Assembly: GCA_023515725.1 (NCBI GenBank)
Contig: JALDTO010000237.1
Span: 62,001-126,000, forward strand
Direction: 5' to 3'
Length of the DNA stretch: 64,000 nucleotides
From: Amoeboaphelidium protococcarum X5
Lineage: Eukaryota; Fungi; Aphelidiomycota
Position 1 is the stretch's first letter. Every line of letters begins with the position of its first letter. Shown one piece after another: positions 40,507 to 51,887 of the stretch. The position numbers and the translations under genes were made by a program. The notes below the pieces were generated by a model. The model did no database searches. It had not been told where the DNA came from and saw nothing but the letters and a program-made list of their open reading frames with translations.

Positions 40507-41841
40507 ATGACTCTACTGCGTGATTTATTGCGACATACACCTGCGAGCACAGTGACCGTCGAAGACCGCACCGGTACCTAGCTGTCTGCACCCAGTAATC
40601 CTCGTGAATTGGTGGGCGTTGATTTGAAATTATGGAAATCTTTTGATCAAGATGTCATTATTCCGTATAGGGATTATATATAGCCGCTTTTGGATATGGA
40701 TTGCTACATTGGAGTTGATCAAGATACAGTCAGTGTTGGTAGTGAGGCGGAAATAAAACACTACTTGATTCGTCGCGTATTTTTGATTGCTGAATTCATT
40801 AACAAATCCTTGGGCGGGTCCGTGATTTATTAAGATATCGGTCCAGCTGTAGGACTCCATCCTGATCTTACTTATCGGTACAAGGGCGACCCTAGCCCCC
40901 GCTGCATCTTGCCGATTGAGATCAAGACAATGTGGGCTTTCGATGTGGATGATGATCTTGTTGATTTCACTCATTAAGAGGAGATTAAGAAAAAGGTGCT
41001 GCGGCAAGAATATGGCTACATGTGTGTCAATCATAACAGATATGGAATTATCTGTACGGCTGATAAGTTCTTCTTTCTGCGTCGAGGTGGATCTGATGGG
41101 ATATAGTAAAGCACTTTGGAGGTTAGTAGCGCTGTGCATCGTGATTAATAATCGCCATTCACGTTGATGGAGGCTGTATGTGCCATGTTTTGGCGCTGCG
41201 AAAATAAAGATCATTGCATGTACGCGTATCCATACACCACTCCTGTTATGATGCGCAAACATGAATTTGACGTTTCCGTAGTTGAGAGCGTCAACCTTCA
41301 TGAAGTATATTTCGAACAAGTTGTTGGCGGTTCTGATTTGTCTTCAGTAGTCTTTGGTGGTATCCATACTTAATTTAAATCCGATGATAATAGGTAAGTC
41401 GAAATTAGATCGCATTAGTTGGTGTTGAAAATGGCTGACTCCACCAAGGATCCAGAACATTTAAAAGTAGATGCCATCGATTAAGAGCAATAATGTTATC
41501 TGAAGCTATCTAGATTGCAAGGTACTGTCGTTCCGAGATTGTTGGCGCGTCTGTCGATTGATGGCTGGATTGAGGCAATAATGATAGAGCGCTTAGAACG
41601 TGTATCTACTGTCGCTGACATTTAAGCACATTATCGGCAGTTGCGTGATTCATTATAATTAATTCATTAAAATGGCGCAGCTCATGGGGACGTTGCACCG
41701 CGTAATATAATGTGGAAGGGAGATTAACTGCTCTTCATTGATTTCGGATATGCAAAGTTGGCAAGTCAAATGTCAGAATAGGAGTTTTCGCAAATGTGCG
41801 ATCGTGATATTGAGATGTTGAATGGGATTGCAGGTGTATGA
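40507..41841 (+). CDS. PD-(D/E)xK nuclease + protein kinase fusion, copy 5
   Basis: Intact 1335-bp frame with the same motifs. Confidence 0.87.
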
Positions 41842-42577
41842 GAAACATGATGTATCGCTGGTAGTTTGAATAAATATATTTGCTTAGTGATCTTACTTAT
41901 CGAGCTTTGCTTTTTTGGACTATATGTCGTTTAGAGATAGAGTATTGATAGGAAAAGGTTTGAAGATAGACAATGACCTATACTCAGCTATTGGAGAGTA
42001 CAGCTGCGCGCCACACGTATGCTTTGGATTCGTCCAAAAAGGTGGTCATAGTAATTGATGCCAAAGCAATTAGCAGAATTTATACGCTATGAATATCTGT
42101 TGAGAATTGCCGCGATTTAATAATCAGCTTGGGAGTTTTTGTTGGTTGACAGTGTTGAGCTGAAACTGTTTTGACGCGTTTCACCCATTCACGCGACTTT
42201 CTTATCGAACAACTGTAAGACTGTATACTTGTTATACTGTATATCATATTTACTTCACCCTTTTACCTTACACTTAACATGAGTCACATTGTTCAAATTT
42301 CTAAGAAGATTTCCGAGAACTTCATATTATATATTTTCCGCGAAATGTTTTATTTCATGCTTTTGTCTGTAACGTTATGGTGAACTCGCAGCAGCAGCTA
42401 TCTGTAAACCTGTCTAAGAGCGCATCAGGGAGATATGGCTTTGACACCAACAGTCGCCCCAGTGCTGTTCCCTGCGTCATTATTCTAGTTAATTTTGGAT
42501 TCAGTCTTTAGTCTGAAACAATAGCTTATTTTATGTTTATACTTTCAATGGTAAATTTTGAGTTGCTCTTTTTCAAT

Positions 42578-42734
42578 CAGTAGCGTAGCCAGCTGTACGC
42601 TTGAGTACGCCGAGCGTACTCTCAATTTGAAGATTCTAAGCGTAAATTACTAGGGAGAGGGTTTTGTGAGGCCTTCATTGGAAAAAATTTTGTGAGGCAA
42701 GCGTACTGTTGGAAAAAAGCTGGTTACGCGCCTG
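42578..42734. mobile_element. 157-bp hAT-type MITE inserted in the last array spacer
   Basis: Termini CAGTAGCGTAGCCAGC / GCTGGTTACGCGCCTG form an imperfect 16-bp TIR. 8-bp TSD TTTTCAAT/CTTTCAAT. The other spacer copies show the empty site. Confidence 0.8.
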
Positions 42735-43265
42735 CTTTCAATCTAAGCTAGAGCCAATTGGCTTTCTGTGAGCTTGCATCAGCGAGATTATTTACAACTC
42801 TTTCATTTGGCAGACTTCACAAATTCGCATATGCTCACCATTATTACTCGTTAATATTTGGAGTGGAATAATATTTTTGAATACACATCAGAATGGTACC
42901 AACGAAAATGACCAACAATTAAGCTGTGATCCTGTTCCCGGTGTTTGAACTTCAGTTTTGACCAAGCGCAGCCGCCTATTGCGCCACTACGGGGCGTCTT
43001 AGTGTCAAATTGCTCATTCACAACGGTAAAACTCATGGTAAGCATTCGCTGATTGCGTAGGGTGATTCAATATGCTTAAAAGTGTGTATCTAAGTTGATT
43101 TCTGGTTTTCTAAAATGACCTGCTGACTGCGCTGTCACATTATAACCTCTATAATTTCTTAGATGAATATTCTAAAAATTTATCCGCTTACTCACAGCTT
43201 CAAAATTATGATTAAGGTAGTGAGATAAAACTATCCATTGTACCCTAAAGACAAAAATAATAAGT

Positions 43266-44312
43266 TCATATATTTCTAGGAACTGATTGTAATATAGCGG
43301 ATGCGCCTCTGGCAAGTAAGTCTTGCGCAACTTCATCTCCGAGTAGGTGCGCTTATTCCAGTGAATCGCACTTCCTTACCATCTACGCTTCAATTCGTTA
43401 TGCTCCATCAACAGAGCATACTACAGCACAAAGATTCAGCTGCTCATCACCAGAGGTATATGATGTATGAACACCGATAGGTACGGAACATCCGCCTTCT
43501 AACCGCCGCATCAGGGTCCTCTCAGCGGTACAGCGCATCAAAGTTGATTTATGCGTCAACTGCTCACACACAGTGCGGATAAACTGATATTCACGTATAT
43601 CCTCCGCTCTACATTCTATTGCCAACGCGCCTTGACCAACTGCGTACAAAACTGGCTACTTACACACGGTTGCATCACTCTCAAGAATAAGCGAAATTCT
43701 ACTTTCCCATCCCATTCGCTTAACTCCAGCATATGCCAGAATAAGACCATCGTACGCGTACTAGTCATCATCTGACTACTCTTTCACCAGAGTGTCTAAC
43801 TTATGTAAGCGCGTATTCAGATTTCCACGAATATCTTCAAATTGCAACTGCGGAAACATGTGCTTCAGCTAAGCAAGTCTACGGACAGATGAAGTTCCCA
43901 ATACAGTTCCAGCAGGAAGGTCGGCAAGTGATTCCAATTTACCTGCGGAAAGAGGATGATCTGCGCGCAAGATCAACACATCGCGCGGATCTTCCCGTTC
44001 TAAAACAGCTCCCAGATGAAGACCGTCTGGCAGAGTGGTCGACACGTCCTTCAGAGAGTGGACAACCAAATCCACTTATTTATTCAAGAGAGCCACCTCC
44101 AATTCTTTAGTAAATAAAGATTTCTACCCAATTTTATTTAGAGGCACATCAAGTACGTTATCTCCAGTAGTTTTGATGTGCTTAACTTCTATTTGTACAT
44201 CATCATCATTGCCTGGATACATTTCCATTATAGCGTCGCAAACCATCTGAGTCTGCGTCACAGCCAGCGGAGATTGACGCGTCCCTATGACAATACTATG
44301 ATTTGCCGTCAT
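43266..44312 (-). CDS. HEM3: Porphobilinogen deaminase
   Basis: [27 protein letters not shown](TAG=Q)[20 protein letters not shown]. Confidence 0.96.
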
Positions 44313-44559
44313 TCCAAATATTGCTTAAAGATTATATAGTGGATGCTATTGAGGTAAACATGTAAGACTGGAGATGATCGGATTTTCTAAATCCAGCGAG
44401 CGAGTTTAAGAGTGAATCTTACAGGTAAAAGCTCCCCTTCAATGCTCTCGTTGATTTCTTCGCGTCACTTTCTCCTTTCTTCTTTGGGAATTTGAAATTG
44501 TCTATTAACTTTACACTATATTCTTTCTAGTAAAAAAGACAAAATTACTGTATTAGTTT

Positions 44560-47500
44560 ATGATTGATAGTGTTACAAAGAGATAAATTGCTACTGCTGC
44601 GTTTATTCTGTTATTGGCTGTTTTGACAAGTCACATTGTGGGCCATGTGAAGCTGGTTTTGCTGCATTCTAATGATCTGAACTATATTCGCGATTTCTCC
44701 TTGCTATTATTGTGGAGCATGATTTCTTCATTCTGCCTGGGATGCCTATATATCGCCTAGATTCCGAAGCTGGTGCTAAAGAGTAAAGCCTAGTGGCTGA
44801 GTGTGTGGATAGTCACATTGCTACTGGTCACCGCCCTCTGGCATCCACGCTCGCCTGTTGGAGTAAGGCGGTCTGTCAGCGGATTTCTTCGCGTTTTCCG
44901 TTCACGTTTCAGCGATGATTGGATTAATGCTGGCGGTGGTTATAGTTCTTCTGATGACCAATTCATTGAAGGGAGTCTGACTGTGCAAGTTGTTCCGCAT
45001 TCGTCGCTCTCCGTTTTTAATATTGACTCCATCGGGTGTATACGTGGATCTAGTAACTCTAAAGTTAATGATCCGGTGTTTGCTCAACTGTAGATTTGTG
45101 GTGTGGCGCCGTTTTAGTTTAGCTACTCTACAGAGGATGATATTCCATCTCTACTTGGTAGAAGCAGAGAGCATATTATCAATATTGATCATGTGAAGTT
45201 GGGCAATTGTGCCGAGTTTAGGTGGTAGATTAATGGAACTGGTAAATATACGATCAATTGGGTCAAAGACGCCAAAGGTTCTGGAGTTGTGTAGAATAAA
45301 GAATTAAAGATTGAATACTGTCCTGAAGCATAGTTTGCAGTCAGCTAAATTAAAGTTTGTTAAGGATAGTCGCCTAAAATACCTTTGATTGTTGAAGGTC
45401 CTCAAAATGTCTAGTGTAATGTCACCGTATATTCGAAGTAACGTCGTGAGTTTTTGCATTTTAATAATCTGTCGACAGAGAAAGCGGATATCGACATGAG
45501 CTTTGAGGAACCTGGCACTTATTAGATGTTTATTACTCGTGTTGATTATGGTTAGCATAGAACGGTATACACTGAAGGGATCGATGCCAGTCGAATTGAT
45601 GTTGTTGTTTAGTTGAGCAATTTTGCACAACTTGAATGTCCTAAGCAATAGTTTTATCTCAGTTAGCCGAATTATTCTACAAAGTTGCGAAATACTGTTT
45701 AGGCCACTGTACAGCTTTAGGATAAAGTTGAATCTGCTTTCGTTGAGTATAATTTCACTGCTCTAGATAGTGGCAAGGTTCACTCGAAGTAGATTAATTT
45801 ATCTGGAACTAAGCATTCGATCTAGTTGGATAAGTTTGGCTCTTATCGATTAGTTTCATACAAAGATGATCGCTGTAGTGGTAGAGTCTCGTCAAATGTA
45901 TGTCTTTTGTAGCCTTATGTTTAGCCTCAGTTAGATGTTAAATAAAGTCTTATTGCAGAGTCTCAGTGTTCTGGTAATTACGGATTTAAGTTATAGTTTG
46001 GCGTATCAGATGGTGGAAAATATCCGCTCTTGGTCAAGTATACTACTATTGAAGCTGATGGTTAGAGTAAAGCCGTTCAGACTAAAATTGCATCTCCGGA
46101 TCAAGATGTGATTGTTTAGCCAAAGTAAAGTGGCACATTTACTATTCGAGTCACTGAATTCAAGGACGCTACGTATCCTGAGTGGATTTCGGTATAAGAT
46201 TAAGAGTTCTCTCATGAATTCAAGGCTGCGTCGTCACTCTCAATCCTGCACCATCAGTAATATTTTTGCCCAAATGCGGATATGGTGTATCCCAATGTTG
46301 TTCTGCCCCTTAAATTTACTGGGTCATCTCCATGGACCGTTTCTTACTCTGTATAGTAGGATAGCTATGTTTTGCATAAATCTACTGAAATCAAAGTTGC
46401 TTAGAGCAAGTATGAGTTGGGTCTTGATGATAAGATTAATTAAAGTGGTACATACAAGGTTGAGTTCAATTAGTTAACTGATGGCAATGGATGTAAAGTC
46501 TAGCTTTAGGAATCGGCACAGTTTAAACTATTCGCTGCTAATCCTCATGTTTCTTTTGCGTCACCAGATTTGAAGATTGACATTATAGAAAATGAAGGTC
46601 GGAGCGTTCCTTTGAAGGTATTTGGCAATAGGTATCCTGTCCAAGTGGAAGTATTGTATTTGCCGTCTTTAGACAGCATTCCCATGAAATATGGCGAGTT
46701 TGAGTTTCATCAAGATAAAAAAGAACCTTCTCTTTTTGTTGAAAAGGCTGGCATCTATACCATGAAATCTGTGCAAGATGCGCTTTGTAAAGGTTCAATT
46801 GATGGTGGTGATATTTTGTATGTTAGCTACACCGCCAAACCAAGTGTGAAAATATCTGATAACATGTAATAAAAGAAGAGATTTGCTCTTTGTTAGAATG
46901 ATAAATTGTCAGTAAAGCTCAGTCTTGGTGGCTAAAGCCCTTTTGAAGTTGAGTACGCTATTGTTGAGTAAACTGACTAATCAACAGCGTTTACTAATCG
47001 TGTACAGTGTCTGGAAGAGAACTGCGCCATTGAAGTGGACACCGGCTCCTTATAGTCTAATAGAGATTTCTCTCTCACTGTCTAAGCTATATCTGATGCT
47101 AATTACAAGAGCGTGACTGTTGGTAGATCAACTTTATAGTTTAAAGTCAATAAGAGACCAGAAGCGCGATTTAAGAGCAGTAACACCATTGATTGTTGTG
47201 TTAACAGCGCACTACCCGCGGCACGTATTCCTGAGTTGAAACTTATTGGTCAGAAGCCTTTTAATGTAACGTATGCCATTGATGATGATTTATTGAAAAC
47301 TGCCGTGGTGGATGATGATACAATGTTATTTAAGGATATCTCACTATTTAACGACGCAGGTATCCACCACTTGCAAGTTATTGATGTGAATGATGGTAAT
47401 TAATGCTCGTTGGATTAGTCTGTGGGTAAATTTGGGAACAATGCTGGTTAGTAAATTATATTTAATGCCATCACATAACCAGAATTTGAAGGTTTGTCAT

Positions 47501-48105
47501 CGTATGATTATTATTGTGTTGGTCAAGAGATTTAGTTCAACGTGCGAGGCCACGAGGACTTACAACTCAACTTTGAATTGATGCATAGCAATGGCTCATC
47601 TGCGGGCGGTAATATATTGCTTAATCACAAGGATAGCAACATGCCATACACCAAGTCATCAGATTTAGAGTCTTTGTAATACAAGTTTTAGAGAAAGAAG
47701 AATCTGGTCCAGGTTGCGGCAAAGCTTTCCAGTGATGGTCAATTGAGGTTGAAATCTCTATGTTAGGGAGTATAGAGTGCAGATAAAAGTAGTTTTAGTC
47801 CGATATGCTGTAAGCAGGTTGATGCATAGTATGTCTATCACTCCATTCCAAGAGTTAAAATCACAACTTCTGGTAAATAGATTATACGTGAAGGATCTCA
47901 CACTGAGATGAGCTTACAATTCCAGGGATATCCTCCTTTTGGATTCACCTATGTCCGACTCTCTGATGATCATAGTGGTAAAGTGTTGGAGAAGAAGGCT
48001 GTGTCTGATATTACGGACACTTCATATTCTATGCCATTGGACAAATCCGGAACTTATCGTGTTGTCGCTGTTCAAGACAAGTACTGCAAGTATCCATCTA
48101 AATGA
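44560..48105 (+). CDS. POM152: Nuclear pore membrane protein Pom152-like (N-terminal TM helices + Ig-like repeats)
   Basis: Hydrophobic N-terminus, repeated GxxPF/W..Y and ..V.D..C Ig-like modules, C-terminal FQGYPPFGFTYVR..GTYRVVAVQDKYCKYP. Confidence 0.82.
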
Positions 48106-48160
48106 TCTTATACTTACACTCACTCTCAACAATAAAAAAAACTGATATATAAAATGCTAA

Positions 48161-49272
48161 TCATGAATCTAATAAAGTTTATAATTGTAGCCTCTAATCC
48201 AAGTACTACTCCTTCTACTTCTACTACTTTGTATCATACATGAATCTAATCAAAATTGGTAAAAAGTGCCAGAAATTAAACTCTGGCCACATCACATCAA
48301 TGAATTCAATCCTGGCCTGAGGATTACGCGTCACCTCATACAACATGAAATCGCTGAGTCTAGTCTCTCCAGATGTCCGTATAAGTAAATCTAATGGGTA
48401 CTTCCGGAACTAATCGCAATCATCCACCATTAAGAGCTTTGACTCAAAGTCAACTTCAATTCGATCTAAAGATGTTTCTTCACGCTGACTGAACATCAAC
48501 TAACTCTCCTCATCTGCTCTTCTAAAAGCCTAGTTGATATCGAAAGAACTTGTATACGGACAGCAAATATTCAGCAGTGCTCTACAAAAGCTTTAAATAT
48601 AAGCACGGGTTAAGCCGCCATATACAAAGCGAAATAAACTACCTGTTGTATGAGCGAGTAGAGTCCATCACTTTCTAAGCTTCTTGGCGAACATCAGCGG
48701 GAAGTAGGCTCAGATCTCCAACGACACGGATCCGCACTTGATACTATTGCACAAGGTGACTACATTTTTTATAAGAATAATACTCGCAGTAGATCATTTA
48801 CTTAATCATACCGCAAGCATTAATATAAGAATTCAATTACTTGGAACTAATGCTAATATATATTCATACCTTTCATCGCGAAATAGTTGCAACTTCTCCC
48901 GAAATAGGTCCATCAAATTGTCCACCTCCTCCTGCGATCGATTAAAATTGTCTATACTGAACGCGTACACTGTGATGATTTTAATCCCAAGATGGTAGCA
49001 AGTTTCCAGAATCTACAGCATAATTACAATGAAATAGTATTGAGATCAATTGCAAGATGAATTATAATTAATAATACTTGTTCAAGAGCGCTGAATCCGA
49101 TCTGGTGCCCAACACTAATCTCCCGCTGAGATCGTCGGGCGAACCGTCGATTTCCATCCATGATGAACGCAATATGATTAGGGAGACTATCGCTGTGCTG
49201 AGTAAGTGACTGCAATAATACTCTTTGTAGAGTTTGTCTAGCCCAATTATACCAATCCCTGACCAAGTCCAT
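48161..49272 (-). CDS. RER2: cis-prenyltransferase (dehydrodolichyl diphosphate synthase); introns 49013-49077, 48760-48869, 48582-48642
   Basis: PNHIAFIMDGNRRFA, TVYAFSIDNFNRS, DLLIRTSGETRLSDFML, WPEF. The start codon is uncertain. Confidence 0.92.
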
Positions 49273-49442
49273 TAAATCCACGTTAAATTCCGTTCTTTAA
49301 CTGTAAGAACTCGTGCCTTCAATGCGACAGTAAAAGAAGAAGTTCTCAAGTTTCGATTAAACTTTTGACTATAATTTTAACATATTGGGATAAAAAGATA
49401 CATAAAAGGAAACTCTAATTAATTAAATCTACTGTAGATAAT

Positions 49443-51656
49443 TCAAGAGTCTAAATTATCTAAAGCGCGTACCCTCTTCTTGGATAGAAGGCGATTGTTA
49501 GAGGACAAGTTCTCAAGGATCAGCTGTTGATCAACTTTACCACCAGATGCTATAAACTTCTTCTGCAAACCTCCACCAAGAATATTTTGACTTAATAACT
49601 GCTTCAATTCAGCACGCTTTGCTGCAATTTCTCTCTCTTTTCTAACTTGCTGCTTGATGCTAATTTAGCTGCCATTACTGTCCAGACCGCCTTTGAACAA
49701 GTCTCCATGATAATCCTCATCCAGTTCAACGTCCAAATCTACTGCAGCTTTCCTGATCCAATCATCGTCATGCTTCTACTTGGTGATCTGATGACTTGCT
49801 TTATCAATATCCACTGCCAACTTGACGCGCTACTTCAATTTAGCAACCGTACTTAGATCAATGGAAAAGTCTTCGATTGATCGTTGCTGTTCATTGACAA
49901 AGCAGTTGATCATCTTGAGCTGAGGTGTTTCCTCTGGTCCACATAAGAGTAAGCTGAGTCCATCATTAGCAGCTCTGGCAGTTCTACCACTTCTGTGCAC
50001 GTACAGATCTGTAGTCTATGGCACCTGGTAGTGAATGACATGATCTACATTGGGAATATCCAAGCCTCTGGCAGCTACATCGGATGCCAACAGTACACCG
50101 CAAGTTCTCTTGAATTTGTCAATGCTGATCAGACGACGTCTCTAGTCCATACCAGAGTGAATGACATTACACTTTATCTGTAATAGAGTCAAAATTGGAT
50201 TCAGTCGGCGGATACCATCAATACTATTGACGAATATGATAGTCTTCACTTTCGGGAACATTGCATACTACAGAAGGAAATAATAGAGGTAACAATCCTT
50301 GTCGAATAGAGATGGACACTTGATTACACACTCTTTCAACTTGCGGGACATATTACCACCTTCAGCTGTCAGATTAATGATTGCAGGTTACTTATCAGCA
50401 AAGTGGACGCGTTTGTAAATGATTTGCAACGGAGAATCTTTCACCTTCCGCTTGCCACCACTACTCTTCTTCATAAGCATCACCTGATCCTATGTAGTCA
50501 ATGTAGCTGAGAATACAAAAGTCTGTCTCTTAATTACAACCGCGATAGCATTACTTTACTTTTAAGTAGAGGATGCGGTAGTAGATTCGTTAGCCTTGTC
50601 ATTTTCAGACTGCTTAACCACCAATTCACCATCAGGTAGCTACTCCCAATCCTGTAATGAATTAGATCTACTATCGATAGGCTGAAAGTACTTTAAAACA
50701 TCGTCCAAATCTTCATACTTTCCACGTTCCACCATTCTATCAGCTTCATCAATTACTAAGAATTGCATCGTAGACTTGGCTCTCTCGAAATATTATTGAA
50801 TATCGAGTGAGCGCAAATCTCCGCGCTCAGTCTAATAAAGAGAAGCTGAAGGATTGCACTACAGCCACTCGTTCAATCGACCAGGAGTGGCAACTACAAT
50901 AGGCGGTCTCCCCAACAACAATCTCTCTTACTTCTAAGTGGACATGCCTCCAACTAGGGCCAAGACATCAATTTCATTATTACTCACCGCTCTCAAGTGA
51001 TCACGAATCTACATGGCCAGCTCTCTTGTGGGAGTCAGTATTAACGCGACTAGGCCATCTGAATTACTATTACCATCGGTCTCACCTTAAGCGACTGCAT
51101 TCTAATGTCTTTGCTAATACAAATAGTTCAGTATAGGAAGACCAAAGGCCAGAGACTTACCACTGCCAGTAATAGCGGCACCTAGAACATCTTTACTCAG
51201 AGGTGGAAGAGCAACTTTCAGAGTATCTCGCTGGATAGGAGTCGGTTTAAGAAAGCCAAGCTTGTGAAGACCACGCAGCAATTCATCACACAGGACGCGT
51301 TAACTATGGCCATCATCATCGCCGTAAAGAACTTGCCAATCTTTCATATCAGCGTAAATTAACCCCATATCAATTTAATCTTACCCGAACGCGATACTCT
51401 GCTCAGAGGAACGCTTAATTTTCTTCTGCTTAGGATTATGAGCTGAGAGGGAAGCTTTGTTAGGCGCAACTCTTTAATCAGCAGGTTGGTCATTAGGCAA
51501 TACATCAGTAGTAGTAGTATTAGTAGTAATAGTACACTCCTCAAGCATTGATACGTCCTCAAATTCTTCAAATTCAATCAAACAAAATCCCTGGCCACCT
51601 TCAGTAAGCGAACAGTCCAGTGGTATTGGAATAGATTTCCACTATCCTTTTCCCAT
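49443..51656 (-). CDS. MAK5: DEAD-box RNA helicase Mak5/DDX24
   Basis: [63 protein letters not shown]. 738 codons. Confidence 0.9.
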
Positions 51657-51887
51657 ATCTCTCTATGTTAAATATAAAAGTTGAACGCGTTAATAGATAT
51701 TCAATGATAACTTTATAGAAGGTGCTAAAATTGAGGTAAAATGTATAAAGGAGATTTTCACCTTTTTCGCATTTTTCATCAACTGGTGATTAAAGTCTTG
51801 CCTTACAGTCACTAAATCACATAGATATTTTGGGAATAATATATTATTTTTGTAGTTCGATTTTTTAAGTAATAGCGAAGATAAATA

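Larger units (their letters stand above)
34086..42762 (+). repeat. Nuclease-kinase array B (~3.2 units of ~2.73 kb), inverted relative to array A
   Basis: Gene starts at 35055, 37779, 40507 (periods 2724 and 2728). Spacer homology starts ~34086 and ends ~42762. Confidence 0.9.

Noticed and set aside
34086-42762. The 2.73-kb unit as a classical transposon
   Set aside because: No TIRs, LTRs, TSDs, or transposase/RT/helicase motifs were seen at the unit or array ends.
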